64,000 bases of DNA from NCBI GenBank assembly GCA_964016885.1, contig OZ024741.1, positions 62,806,001 to 62,870,000 on the forward strand, written 5' to 3'. This document shows, piece after piece, positions 14,597 through 32,699 of the stretch. This DNA comes from Eledone cirrhosa. Lineage: Eukaryota. The notes below the pieces were generated by a model, which was not told the DNA's origin, did not search any database, and worked only from the letters and a program-made list of their open reading frames with translations. Every line of letters begins with the position of its first letter. Position 1 is the first letter of the stretch. The translations under genes and the position numbers were made by a program.

Positions 14597-16731
14597 TCAA
14601 GGCGGTTGATTTATCATAGGAGTGTCAATCCAGTTACAGATCAGATGCGATTTCAGATGAGGACAGCATCTGAAGATCTCAGTCTTTGAGTTAAGGCAAG
14701 CGGAAGTGGCTCTCAAGTTTAGCAAAATCCTATACTTTTCTGTGGTACACAAAGAACAATTCTTTGTGCCCCTTTGGTACTCTCTCGAATGGTCTAATAT
14801 AGACCAATCAATAGAGTACGGGATATTACTATCCTTGAGATCCCATACCTTACTTGCGAGGGCCGTTGATGTTCGTTTATCAGAGTGCTTAAAAGAAGCG
14901 ACATGTGAGTAAAATCTGGTTTTAAACCTGTCCTGGGTTATACCGACATATCGCTCACTCCTGGCTGGCTGGTTGTTGATAACTGGCGTTATCTTAGCCT
15001 CATAAACGACAGATTTTGTGTTACATTTACCCTGCAATGGGCATTCATCCGGCTTCCTGCAACTGCATCCTGGATTTATCCTCGTACGGTTTGAACTGGT
15101 GATTTTGGACTTCATGGATGGGCAACAAGAGTAGCTGATCTTAACTACATTCCTAGTAAAAATCTTATAATATCTATGAATAGGAGGAAAATGTTTGTCT
15201 AATAGTTCAAGGAATTTCCTTCCTACATTAGTTTTGACATTTAGAGAGAAGGGGGGTGTGAACCAAATAATCTTCCTTTTCCTGTTATTATGGTTAGTTT
15301 TAGGGGGGGGGGGATTAGGTAAATAAGAAATATTTTCTGTAAAACCGCTGTTCTTAAGGGCTTTATTATAATAAGGGGCGGCTTTATTAAAAATGTCTAT
15401 AGACGAAGATAAGGTAGAAATCCTACGGCTAATGTTAGGAATAAGATTATTAAAAACAATAGGGGGATGGCAAGACTCTTTGTGTATATACCTAAGATTT
15501 TCATTAGGTTTATGATAGGGTTTAAAAGAGGCAGTAAGTAGATCAAGATTAATATCAAGAAAGTTAGCATTAGCAAGGTTCGTATCTATAGTAATTTTAA
15601 GGTTAAGATTAGCAAAAGTACTAATTAAATCTTTACGGAATTTATCAAGATTATGGCCGTTGGTGGTATGAGAAACTGCTAATCCGTCATCACGGTATAA
15701 ACCGATATTATGGGACGGAAATTTCTCTTTGAGTGTGTGGAGAAGGAATAATCCTACTAAGTCGCACACATCCGCACTGTCATAGGAACCCATTGCAACA
15801 TCGAAAGAGTTTTCAGGTTTTGACTTTTTAACCCAAATATTATCATTAGTAAAAAGTAAAGTTTTTCTAGCATGAAAGATAATGTCCTCTTCTAATTTAG
15901 AGATATTAATGAAGGGTCTTGCAAAATCTAAGGCATTAGTTAATAAGGAAACAGTAATAGAAGGGTAAAAATCGACAATATCAAATTGGGTAAATCTACA
16001 CTTATTTTTACCTTGTATATTATTGAACCAAGAAATAACAGAGGAAGTATTTAGCCACTGTGAAAGGTCAGTGTTAGTTCTAATTTCGAGAATTATTTTT
16101 CTTAAGATTTTCTTACTAGCAAGGCCAACCTCGGATTTAGCAGGGTTAATCAGTCTACAACTAGGTCGATTAGTAAATCCAATTTATGGTCTTTAAGGGT
16201 AATATATTCTTTACGCTTAGCTAAGCTTTCAATCCGGTTATCTATTTGTAAAGAACTAGCTAGTTCTTTAGCTTCTTTATTGATAGTATTGTAGCTATTA
16301 TTATTAGTTAATTGATATTTATTGGTAATACTATTAGTTAAAAGTTGGTTATACAAATTACTATTAACTTCAAAGAGGTTTTTAGTTTTATCAGAAAGAA
16401 CGAAAGTGTTTGTAGAATTTCTAAAATTAGAGATATCGTTAGAAAGTTTAGTTTGAAAGTTATTATTGTACTTACGAAATTTGATATCACTAATTAGATT
16501 AACGAGGTCTAATTCGAAGTTGGCCATGTCTTTAATTGTAGGTGGATATTTACGGGATTTAATGTCAAAATAATCTTTAGTATCAGCACTGAATAGTCCA
16601 TCGTAAACCATTGCCTTCCATCTCATTCTTTTAACGACTTGTTCGATTTTATCAATGAGGATTTTGGTGTAAGTTGTGTTGGAAGGAGTGGGTATGTTTT
16701 TGATAGAATAATCCAAATCATAAAGGTCCAT
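14597..16731 (-). CDS. PLE RT/GIY-YIG polyprotein (Naiad-like), about 710 aa, one frameshift near 16172
   Basis: [20 protein letters not shown], then in the shifted frame [62 protein letters not shown]. The second frame read open by hand from about 16170 to 14597. Confidence 0.9.
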
Positions 16732-17085
16732 GGTGTATGTTGGTTAAATTCCTGAAAACTGTAGAGTGCTCAACTAATCGGGCTGGAAAGTGCCAATCGT
16801 ATATGTAATATATATATGTATATTTGTGTGTGTATATGTATGTATATGTGGATAAACCAGGTTTTTTTCACTTTTTTTCATTCTGAAGACTGAAGGAAAC
16901 ATTTTTTGCTTTTAAGAAACCTCTGGTGAATGGAATAATTGCCTTATGTTGCTTTATTACCTTACTACTATATATACGTTTATGTAAGGTTCATTTGTCT
17001 TTTCTAATACTGAGTTTTACACATACACACATGTATATGTGTGTGTGTATGTGTATGCACATGTGTATATGTACGTATGTGTGTA

Positions 17086-17192
<107 letters not shown>

Positions 17193-17435
17193 GTATGTAT
17201 GTATATGTGTGTGTGTGTTTATTATTTTTTTATGTATGTGTGTGTGTGGTTGTGTGTGTGTATGTGTGTGTATGTGTGTGTGTGTATTTGTTTTTGGTTG
17301 TGCGTGTTTTTGATATATAAGTATTTGCATGTGTATAATTGTTTAGCTATGTATGTATATATGTGTGTGTACGTATATGCGTGTGTGTGTGTGTGTGTGT
17401 GTGTGTGCGTTTATATTTTTATAATTTTATATTTT

Positions 17436-17474
<39 letters not shown>

Positions 17475-17481
17475 ATATGTG

Positions 17482-17552
<71 letters not shown>

Positions 17553-17802
17553 ATGTGTGTGTGTGTGTGTGTATATAATTACATATACATATGTGTGTGT
17601 GTTTAATATGTATACGTGTGCGTGTTTGTGTATGTATGTGTATGTATGTGTTTTTGTATTTGTTTATGTATATTTATGTATGAGAGTGTGTGTATGTGTT
17701 TACTATTTCGTACGTATGTATACGTGCTTTTTTGTGTGTATTACTTACCACGCGTGTCTGTCCTGTTAGCTGGGTCATGTATCGCTGTCAAACATTTTTA
17801 AA

Positions 17803-17829
<27 letters not shown>

Positions 17830-17835
<6 letters not shown>

Positions 17836-18385
17836 TTAAAAAATAATGAATAAAACAATGAAACAGTTCCTTATATTAAACAAAAAACGTTCATTATTTA
17901 ACGATCGTTTCTAGGACATATATGTGTTAGAATTGGCATGCATATTCAAAAGATCTATGTACAAAATTATACAAAATTATACAAACTATCAAATAGAATA
18001 TACATACCAACACATACATATGCCGTCTTCAGAAATAATAATTATTTCTGAAGACGGCATATGCATGTGTTGGTATGTATATTCTATTTGATAGTTTGTA
18101 TAATTTTGTATAATTTTGTACATAGATCTTTTGAATATGCATGCCAATTCTAACACATACATGTCCTAGAAACGATCGTTAAATAATGAACTTTTTTTGT
18201 TTAATATAAGGAACTGTTTCATTGTTTTATTCATTATTTTTTTAATATTTTATCTTGACTCTGTATTCCGTTTATCTTTCACCGAAAGTGATTTTTGAAT
18301 GCATCTCTTCTTTCCATGATATCCGGATTACATTGAGTTCTTCATACGGATTGGACACTACCGTAAACTTTTGGTAGATTTATCT
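17830..18385. mobile_element. Nested fold-back mini-element with a long-helix-II HHR in each arm
   Basis: Arms of about 200 bp centred on 18040, inserted in a (TA)n of the host pLTR; diverged relative at 47765-48085(-). Confidence 0.8.
18041..18187 (+). ncRNA. Type-I hammerhead with a helix II domain of about 114 nt
   Basis: ATTATTT-CTGAAGA-[..TGGTATGTATATTC...GAATATGCATGCCA..]-GAA-ACGATCGT-T-AAATAAT; perfect 7-bp helix I. Confidence 0.75.
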
Positions 18386-19363
18386 ATATATATATATATA
18401 TTTTTTTTTTCTTATATTTATTTGCGTGTGTGAATATGTAGAGGAGTGCATTCATGTATGTGTATGTATGTACGTTTTGTATGTTTGTGTGAATGTATGT
18501 ATGTGTATATATATGTGTGTGTGTATGGCTATGTTTGTGTATGTGTATGCTTGTACACACACATGTGTATGTGTGTGTATGTGGGTGTGTGTATATGTAT
18601 ATATATGTATATATATATATATATATGTACATATATATATATATGTGTGTGGATATGTGCGTGCGTGTGTGTGTGTGTGTGTGTGTGCGTGTGTGTATAT
18701 GTATTAATGTATGTATGTGTATATGTGTGTATATATGTGTTTGTGTAGGTAAGTGTACTTTTTATATATATGTGTATATGTATATGTGTATGCGTACATA
18801 TATATATGTATATATGTATGTGTGTGTAAGTATGCTTTTGGGGTTTTTTTGTGTGTGTCTTTGCATGCGTAGTTTTATTTTATTTTATTTTTCCTTTCCT
18901 TCTCCCTTCTCCAGCCTCACTTTCATATAGATTGCATTTTTGGTTTTGTAGTCCAGATTTAATAAACAAACCAGCTTTTTCCGTTCTGACGATTGAAAGT
19001 AAAACCTTTTGCTTTTAAGAAACCACTGGTAAATGGAATAATTGCCTTATGTTGTTTATTACATAATAATAATAATTAAGCTCTGTTGCCTACATAGAGC
19101 ACTCTTTTTTCCTGGACTTTTCCGATGGAATTACTTCATTTATATATATATATATATAAATTATCGAGAATCGGAACTTCGGCCCACGAAATAGCGAAAA
19201 AACAATCTTCGAAATGTGCGGCAAAGTGCTCAATGGTTCGGATAAACCAGAGCTATAACTAACGTTTAATACCAACACACTGAGACGATGCTTAAACAAT
19301 CATTCGCACAGCCAAAATTACGACCAAGAAAATTCGGGTCAAACAAATAAAAATATATATGAA

Positions 19364-19444
<81 letters not shown>

Positions 19445-19451
<7 letters not shown>

Positions 19452-21403
19452 AATATTTTTAAGTCGTTTGGAAGCCTCGACAATGCAAATGGGTAAATCT
19501 CCGGGTAACAAGGTCCGGTGGTGGAGAGAGAGATGTAAGTGGGTGTACGTTGAGATGCGTGGTGTGTATAACATGTGTGAGATGTGTAGAATGAAGGGAA
19601 GAGTATAAAGGATAAAAATAAAAATAAAAATAACAACACAAGAGAGAGTTACCTTGGGAGAGATTTAATAGTCCCTTTTCGGATTCACATCCATCAATTG
19701 GGGTTTTTTCCGGGGTGGGGGAAAAGGTTGTCTGTCGGACAACTCGGGACGCGTCTTTCGCTGTTTGTTCATTTGAATATCTGAGGTATTCGGCAGAGCG
19801 CGCGTGCGCGTGAAATGGGGTTGGTCGTACAGAGGTCAGCGGCCGAATGAGGGAGTAGGATGGCGCTAGCTGTCAGTCCATTCTCTGCCTGTTTGTTAAA
19901 TGTTACTGTGTGTGTGAGTGTGTAGTTGTCTCGCTTGAGTGTGTGTGTGTGTGTGTGTGTGTGTTGTTGCCTTGTTCATCTGTATTGGCAGTGTAGTATG
20001 TTCGTATGGTGGAATGCTACTGTGTGTGTGCGCGTGTGTGTGTGTAGTTGTCTCGTTTGCGTGTGTGTGTGTGTGTGTGCGTGTGTTGTGTGTTGTTGCA
20101 TCGCTTGTTAACTTAAACCAGCCATTTCATTACGCTTCTCTCTGATCGGTTGTTTATTTGCGGTTGCAGTCGTTTGATAAAAAGCGCTTCCTTGATACGT
20201 AACGTGCCGACGTTTCTTTCAGTCGCTAGAATTGTGACAATGGGCCTTCCGTCTTTGTTTCCGCATTTGTCTATGTGTTTCCGGAAAGACGAGGCCCTGG
20301 TTTTAGTGTGTTCCTTGATCCGGATGTGCAAAGGTCGAATTGTGCTACCTATGTAGTATTGGTTTCACCTGTCATATTCTATCTTATACACGACGTATGT
20401 GCGTAGACAACAGTTAGTATGGCGTATCGGGCAGTCTCTGAGGGAGCATGCGTCAGTAGATTTTTCGGGTTTCTTGGAGAGGCATCTTCGCAGGGAGGGG
20501 CCCGAGTGGGCCAGGTGGATGTCGAGGCCCTCCCTCCGTATAGCCTTGCGGATAGCGTTGGTGGTTTTCTCGCCCAGGTGTGGCATTTTAAGGAAGCACT
20601 TGCCTTGGGTGCTTCTCTGTCTCTTGCGTCTGGTGTCTCTGATCGAGGTAGGGTACCCGTTCGTCTCCAGCACCTCGAGGAATCGCTTGGTATGAGTGAC
20701 ACCACTCGCGGGATCGCTGCATCTGTTTTTGATTCGCGCGATCTCGTTCGTGATGTATCCTCTTTTGGCACTGTTAGGGAGGGCGGACTTGTAGTGAACG
20801 AATAGGTCCCTGCAGGCTGCCTTTCTGTAGAAGTTACAGTGGATCCCTCCTTGTTCCGTGATGTTGATTCGGAAGTCGAGGAGGGCAAGTGACCCGTCTT
20901 CGTTGGGGTGTTCAACACTGAAGTCAATGTTCTCGTCCGTGTTGTTGAACGTCTCATAGATTTTGTTCGCCGTGTCTTTCGAAGATGTGAGGATGAGGAT
21001 ATCGTCCACATATCTTGAGAAAAAGGCTACAGCGTTGAGGTGGCAGGCGTTGAGTGCTTTGCGTTCGAGGTTGTCCATGTAGGAGATCGCTAGCACACCT
21101 GATAGACTTGATCCCATGGGCAATCCCGAGGTTTGTTGGGACTATTAAATCTTTCCTAAGGTAACTCTCTCTTGTGTTGTTATTTTTATTTTTATTTTTA
21201 TCCTTTATACTCTTCCCTTCATTCTACACATCTCACACATCTTATACACACCACGCATCTCAACGTACACCCACGTACATCTCTCTCACCACCACCGGAC
21301 CTTGTTACCCGGAGATTTACCCATTTGCATTGTCGAGGCTTCCAAACGACTTAAAGATATTTACTTATTGTTCCACAATGCTTGAAGCAAACTTCAATAC
21401 TCT

Positions 21404-21410
<7 letters not shown>
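19445..21410 (-). mobile_element. 5'-truncated YVDD-type PLE (Poseidon/Neptune-like) with inverted pLTRs (19445-19675 and 21137-21365)
   Basis: Inverted repeat of about 230 bp flanking an RT-EN fragment. Confidence 0.85.
20113..21135 (-). pseudogene. PLE RT C-terminal half plus GIY-YIG endonuclease, frameshifted at about 20365
   Basis: GLPMGSSLSG, RYVDD, LALLD, FYRK, NGYP, C...CP..C, VVYKI..YYIG, IKEH, KEALFIKRLQPQIN. Confidence 0.88.
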
Positions 21411-21448
<38 letters not shown>

Positions 21449-21934
21449 ATGGATTCAGTTTGGACCTGGTAAGCCGAGAAAACTCACCCCTCGGAATCGA
21501 GTTGCACTTACCTTACGTTGTTATCACTATATATATATATAAAAAATGAGAAGAAAGAAGAATACTGTGTGGTTGCACATGGGTTACATATGATAAAATT
21601 AGTCCCTCGTCAGTGATTTGCCAACCATCATTGGTATTTCATCGCATTAAAAATCATATACCTCAGGTTGGTGCGACCAATAACTAAAAAAATCTATTGG
21701 GACAAGTAAATCGCGTAAAGCGAGTGAGAAAAGTAAACAACATAGAAGGATAAAAGCAAACCGAAGATAGGAAATAAACAAGCAGCATGTTTATCCGGTC
21801 AGCTTAAGCTGGGTGGATTTCATGAGCGATCAAGATACAGACCGTGCGACGTGAGTGAGATGTGAGCAAGAAGAGACCCCACACTAACCAAACGGGAGGA
21901 AATGAGAAGGGGAGAAACAGAGTGAGTGAGTGGA

Positions 21935-21967
<33 letters not shown>

Positions 21968-22034
21968 TTCACATACACATATTTATATGTGTATATGTGT
22001 GTGTGTAAATTTTACAATCTACCCAGCGTTATTG

Positions 22035-22141
22035 ATATCCCGCCAAGGTTAACTTTGCCTTTCATCCTTACTGGGTCGATAAAATAATGTACTAGTAATA
22101 CACTGGGTAATTACTGGCCCTGTGCCAAAAGTAGAAACAAT

Positions 22142-22145
<4 letters not shown>
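22035..22145 (+). mobile_element. SINE 3' fragment (4241 family)
   Basis: TCCCGCCAAGGTTAACTTTGCCTTTCATCC...GTCGATAAAATAA...GTGCCAAAAGTAGAAAC. Confidence 0.75.
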
Positions 22146-22226
<81 letters not shown>

Positions 22227-22237
22227 TATAAATATAT

Positions 22238-22290
<53 letters not shown>

Positions 22291-22308
22291 AATATATAAA
22301 TATATATG

Positions 22309-22364
<56 letters not shown>

Positions 22365-22365
22365 A

Positions 22366-26163
<3,798 letters not shown>

Positions 26164-26309
26164 TGATGATTTAATCGGGAAAAGACTGCAATTAAAGTCG
26201 AGTGACGTAATTTCTAGCGATCAGTGGCTTTTAGACTCATCTGATTAATGAAACAATTGTTAATACTGTAAATAAACTCTTTTTGTACAGCCAACCATGT
26301 TATTCTTCA

Positions 26310-26468
<159 letters not shown>

Positions 26469-26512
26469 GAATGAAGAATAACATGGTTGGCTGTACAAAA
26501 AGAGTTTATTTA

Positions 26513-26625
26513 CAGTATTAACAATTGTTTCATTAATCAGATGAGTCTAAAAGCCACTGATCGCTAGAAATTACGTCACTCGACTTTAATTGCAGTGTTT
26601 GCCCGATTAAATCATCAGAATACTG
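26513..26625 (-). ncRNA. Type-I hammerhead with a helix II domain of about 80 nt; relatives at 26160-26268(+) and 28758-28870(+)
   Basis: CAGTATT-CTGATGA-TTTAATCGGG...TCTGATTAAT-GAA-ACAATTGT-T-AATACTG. Confidence 0.8.
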
Positions 26626-28395
26626 AAGTCTGTATCACACAGAACACTGTTATTTATAGATACATCGGAGAATGAAATAAATGAAAACAATAACAGCAAC
26701 AACAATAAAAAGTATGGTTACTGATAATAGAAGTAGTGCTGGTAAATCTAGAAAGATTCAAGGCAAAAGCAAACTAATATAACATAGCTTTACGTAAGGC
26801 AGGCCATAGGGAGGGGCTCAAATACATACTTGACGGAGACAGCAACTACTAATACAAACCTAACGACAAGTTCACCACCCACACTTATAAGAATAAAAAA
26901 ACATAGAACTAAACATTGAAATAGGCAACAGACACACGAAATAACCGAACCGAACACTAATAGAAACTCCAGAAACTCCAGAAGTAGGAAATATTTATGG
27001 TTCAATCCAATCTTCAACTCCTCCATAAGGACCAACCTACCCTCTAGATTTGGTTGGTCCTTATGGAGGAGTTGAAGATTGGATTGAACAATAAATATTT
27101 CCTACTTCTGGAAGTGCTTGTCGATTAATTTAATTAATCTAGAGTCTAGATTCTTTAAATTAATCGACAAGCACTTCCCTAAACCACACAAATACCATAG
27201 AATCTTTAACAGAAAATCTATCAAACTCTCTTACTCTATTGCAGTGAACATAGCATCACACATACATAAAATTATTTATAAAAGAACCTCTAAGGAATGT
27301 AATCTGCCAACATACAGCGTAGCACCAAATACAAAACGCAAACACATAACAGCATCACAACCACCCACACGCCAGAGCACATCACAAGAAGACACCAATA
27401 AACCAAAATCCCAACCTATCCCAAACAACATACAAATTGCGACGGGTAACCTGCTCGCAGAAAGGGCTTCAAGTGTAACTGCCACTGCAGAATAGATGCC
27501 AGGAGTCAAGTATAGTATACCTGTGTACTATCAAATCTGGTAAACTATCATGGCACTACATAGGTTCTATGGCTGGCGATTTTAAAAAAAGATGGTATGT
27601 GCATAGACACTTCATAAAAAACCGTAAACTCGGTAATACAACGACGCTGGCCAATAAAATCTGGCAGCTTAAAGACATCAATCGGGAATATGAGGTTAGC
27701 TTGTCGAAGGTATCAAATGCAAGGGCGTACCATTATGGAATGTCCCACTGCGGACTCTGCAATATGGAGCTGCTCGATATTTTAAAATATAGTAAAATGT
27801 TGCTTAATAACAAGATAGAGCGAACAATCTTCTGTAGGCACAAAGCAGCCAACACATTTTCAAACTTCAATCGGTGACCGGCATAATTCGATTTAGAGAT
27901 CTCAGTATCCAGTCAAAACTATTCGGATTAAAATGTGCTAACTTTACAACGCTCCACTGTTATTAGCTGTCAGCTGACCTACTGGTCATTAAATCAACCT
28001 CGGCAATTCCTCAACCTTTCTTTCCTTTTCTCCCTATAATCGCATTACCTCCATTAAGATAAAACAGTCAACCTACCCCGACCTTAATCACCCATGTGTC
28101 TTCACTGTCCCTTTTACTTTTTATCCTCTATTTATCTATTTACCGTCCTCTGAATTTTATTCCTATCTTTTATCTTTTATATTCGAATCCTTATTCTTTA
28201 TTCTTTATCTCCTGTTCTTTATCTCTTTCTTTTACTTTTTATTTTAACCCTTTATTATTTTTTCTCACTTTCATTTCGCCAATTCATAATCTCCAAACTC
28301 TATATTAGTACGGCGTCGACTCACTAATCTACACGAGATCAACATTTCGCCTATCATTTATCGTATTTCTTTTCATGTTATTATTATCACTACTG

Positions 28396-28583
28396 ACGGT
28401 GGATTGACAGTATCGGTAGAGGGTCTGCACCATACTTTGCAGCAAAGAGTTACGGCCCTTTATGGTCTGAGTGCAAATCCCGCCGAGGTAAACTTTACCT
28501 TTCATCCCTATGGGGTCGATAAAATAAAGTACCAGTAATACACTGAGGTATTAGCTGGCCTTGTGCCAAAAGTAGAAACATTT
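28396..28583 (+). mobile_element. SINE inserted in the PLE 3' region, 9-bp TSD
   Basis: Same family as 4241; TCACTACTG at 28387-28395 and 28584-28592. Confidence 0.82.
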
Positions 28584-29057
28584 TCACTACTGTCATTACT
28601 ATTTTACACATGTACCCACTCACCACTATAACCCCGACTACTACCGCCACAACTACTATTATCAGTAACCGTATTTGTTATTGTTGTTGTTATTGTTTTC
28701 ATTTATTTTATTCTCCGATTTATCTATAAATACCAGTGCCCTCTGTTATACACACTTCAGTATTCCGATGATTTGATCAGGCAAACGCTGTAATTAAGTT
28801 CTAGTGATGTAATTTCTAGCGATCAGCGGCTTTTAGACTCACCTGATTAATGAAACAATTGTTAACACTGTAAATAAACACTTTTTGTACAGCTGACCAT
28901 GTTATTCTTCATTCTTTTACTATTATTACTCTAAGAACTACCTGCATGGGAACTCTCATAAACTTGCCACCTAACTAAGGAAACTTCTTGTTGAGTCAAA
29001 CAACACCGTACGTTAAAACAACCTCTAGTTGGATTACATTAAACGATACCTTGTTAT

Positions 29058-29194
<137 letters not shown>

Positions 29195-29311
29195 GTATAT
29201 ATAAGAAAATGAGTTATTTTTCATTAAAAATCGAGATGTCCTACACGAGTGAAAGTATAAGGAAAAGAAGGATTGGAGTTGCACTTTCCTTGGATATCTC
29301 TAACACGTTGT

Positions 29312-29394
<83 letters not shown>

Positions 29395-29445
29395 ATACAT
29401 ACATACATATGTATAAATGTTAAAATCTACCCACAATTATTGATA

Positions 29446-29476
<31 letters not shown>

Positions 29477-29477
<1 letters not shown>

Positions 29478-29793
29478 ACGAAGGAAATGTGGTAAGGAAC
29501 CAGGTGGACCATAACGCACCAAAGTACTCAATACTTAGGGTAGTAGAGTGGGTAATAGGAACAAGTAAGACCCCGACGGCTGAGCTCAAGCCGTTTCGAC
29601 CGCTAATTCTGGATAGAGCAAACATCACGGACGCTCTATCTCAAAATTATTTTTGAAAAGCATTAGAAATGCGCAACCGGTAAAACTTAAAACCAAAACT
29701 GAATACTAACCAATACTATTACTAATTCTCACTTATTCCTAATTAAACTATTTTTCACTGTGAACAATTTGTCAGCATTTTCTTTTCCGTTTA

Positions 29794-29800
<7 letters not shown>
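29477..29800. mobile_element. Chimeric mini-element: family A (-) fused head-to-head with family B (+)
   Basis: Junction at about 29613 without spacer; (TA)n on both outer ends. Confidence 0.8.
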
Positions 29801-29837
<37 letters not shown>

Positions 29838-30188
29838 CATATCATCATGCTTCTGTATTTGTTCATATGTTTGAGATAGTGTCTGTATGAGTCTATAGAC
29901 ACCTAGAAATGCACGTAGGAGTACATAGAGATACTTAGGGTAAATTTATAATGATGCTAGTCAGTTTTGAAAGAATATTTTAATGTTGCTTGCTGTAAGC
30001 ATGATAGTTATTCCTCGCAATCAATTTATCTATAGCACGGGTGCTTGACATTATTAGTAAATATATTCTTGTGATATCTCTGCTTAGTTATTCATTTCAG
30101 CGACTGGTTATGATTCCTCGAAAACTATAGATGTTCAAAGAGAGTTTTGTTAGGTTTTGATCTTTGCTTAGCTCTTAATTGAGTGAAA

Positions 30189-30249
<61 letters not shown>

Positions 30250-30252
<3 letters not shown>

Positions 30253-30437
30253 GTTATTCCGGGTTGAATCGGAGGTAACCACAGTAAGTAAGGTACTCAA
30301 TACATAGCAGAGTATAAAAGTTTTAATATAGAAGAGATTCTACAGGACTAGAACTGTTTCATTCTTTAGAAGTCATCATGATTTCTAAAGAATGAAACAG
30401 TTCTAGTCTTGTAGAATCTCTTCTATATTAAAACTAT
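30250..30437. mobile_element. Fold-back pLTR remnant broken within the HHR core
   Basis: Inverted arms centred near 30378; minus strand reads ATGATGA-CTTCTAAAGAAT-GAAACAGTTC. Confidence 0.6.
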
Positions 30438-30454
30438 ATATATATATATATATG

Positions 30455-31016
30455 CAAAAGTTCTATTTAAATTGTTGGGATACAACAAGCAAATATTTTT
30501 ATAACTGATATAAAGCACTCGACAAGTATTTGGAGTAGACATACGATATTGACAAATGGAAACTATATTTATAAAACCATATTTATTTCATTATACATAT
30601 TTCAAGGATACCAAGTTAAATTATGGTATGCCTTCATCAGACAAAATACAATATATACCAATTTTATAAATAAACATTGACGTACCCTTTCAAAATGCGA
30701 CCGTTACTTTTTTCATTTTTCTTTCTTCTTTTTCTTTATTTATCTCTCCCTTTCTTTTCTCCACGTTTCTCTCTCTCTCTCCGTCTTTTTACTTATCCTT
30801 AACACAACGACTTACTAAAATAAACAAACCACTACCCTGATGTCTTCCAAAAGTAACGGTCGCATTTTGAAAGGGTACGTCAATGTTTATTTATAAAACT
30901 GGTATATATTGTATTTTGTCTGATGAAGGCATATCATAATTTAACTTGGTATCCTTGAAATATGTATAATGAAATAAATATGGTTTTATAAATATAGTTT
31001 CCATTTGCCAATATCG

Positions 31017-31017
<1 letters not shown>
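30455..31017. mobile_element. Inverted pLTR pair related to the 35.3-39.3 kb PLE, with HHRs at 30584-30648(-) and 30912-30976(+)
   Basis: TATTTTGT-CTGATGA-AGGCATA...TATCCTT-GAA-ATATGTAT-A-ATGAAATA. Confidence 0.78.
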
Positions 31018-31058
<41 letters not shown>

Positions 31059-31132
31059 CATATGTATATGCACAATATGGAAGTTGCGTTTCGCTAATTT
31101 CTACCCGCCGAAATGCGATTCTCACTAAATTC

Positions 31133-31255
<123 letters not shown>

Positions 31256-31759
31256 AGAATAGACCACAGATGCTTCTCTTTTCTAGTAAACCCAATTAAT
31301 TCTTAATTAGTAACGTTTTATAAAGTCCTTTGATCAAACGTCAGGTCATTATCTTCATATATATTTTTTTTAATACGAACAGTATTTTCTTTAGGTATCT
31401 TGTATATTCACTCAACATCTTTTACAATGACATTATAACAAACGAGGAAATGAGCGATTATCCTCTATGTTCTCGCACAACATTTTACTCAAATTCATAC
31501 CATGCAGTTTGAAATTTGAATGCTTGTGGCTGGAATGATTTTGATTAATAATTGAGCAATTGGAGCTGTTCCTGGTCTAAAAGACAACACAAGAGAAGCA
31601 GAAGCCAAATTTCCCTCCAATTACACTCTACTTAAAAGAGTACGTTTGATAATATATTTCTTCACATACACTGCTGTCGAGAGACGCCCGCTCTAGTCAA
31701 ATCTTAAATTTGCTTTATTATAGGTCTGTCCAGTTGGAAATGACCCTGGGAGACAAAAC

Positions 31760-32165
31760 AAGAGTAACGACAGCAACAATAAAAATATCAACGAAGCAGC
31801 AGCAACAACAAAGGCATCAATAACCACAGCAACATCAACAATAGCTGCAACAAAATTAACAACAACAACAACAACAGCAGCAGAGACAGCAATAGAAACT
31901 ATAGGAATAGTAACACCATTAGCAGCAACAACAACAATAACAACAACAACAGCAGCTACAACAATGCAACAGCAGCAAAAAGAACAGAAATAAAAACATC
32001 AACTACAGCAATGGCAAACTCAACATCAGGAGCAATAACAGCTTCCACAATAGCAACAACAACAGCAATACCACCAGCAACAACAACAACAATAGTAACA
32101 ACACGGCGGCAGCTATAACAAAAATGACAAATACAATATCAACGAAAATAAGAACAGCAGTAACG
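31760..32165. repeat. Degenerate (CAA/CAG)n cryptic repeat
   Basis: AACAACAGC-rich tract with no long ORF in the track. Confidence 0.8.
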
Positions 32166-32699
32166 TACAAATTTGCATATTAATAACTGACTTTCATCAG
32201 AAGAGCAATACGCAATCAAGGAGCATATATGCCCTAGTAGTATTCTGAAATGAACGTACTAAGTTGCATATTATTAGCACTCACGTTAGAGGTTATTTAA
32301 GATATATATGGTATAATATAATTAATTTAATATAAAATCTACCATATATCTTGATTCACTTTTAACATGAGCGATAATAATATGCAACTTAATATGTATA
32401 TTTCAGAATATAACAAGGGCATATACGCCTCTCGATTACGCATCGCCTTGTGGTTGTTGAGATTATATACATGCCACCTGATTAAAGCCGAACTAGAGTT
32501 GAAAATTGATTAAAACTGTTAATCATCCTTTTTCAGTTGAGAGGGAAATACGTATATATGGCATGTTTGAATGTCTATGTACTAGAAATGTATAATGGAT
32601 GGTAAATCCGAAAATATTTGGGATTGTTAAAAAATGCTATGGTAACTTCCTATCCTCCCCACTCCTTTACTTCATTTCATTGTGGTCTTTCTTTTCCAA

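Noticed and set aside
31760-32165. Poly-Gln/Thr coding exon
   Set aside because: No sustained ORF or convincing splice context; it behaves as a cryptic simple repeat.
32195-32450. Imperfect inverted repeat as a MITE or miRNA hairpin
   Set aside because: Arms are heavily diverged, it is single-copy here, and no TSD or HHR is identifiable, so it cannot be classified.
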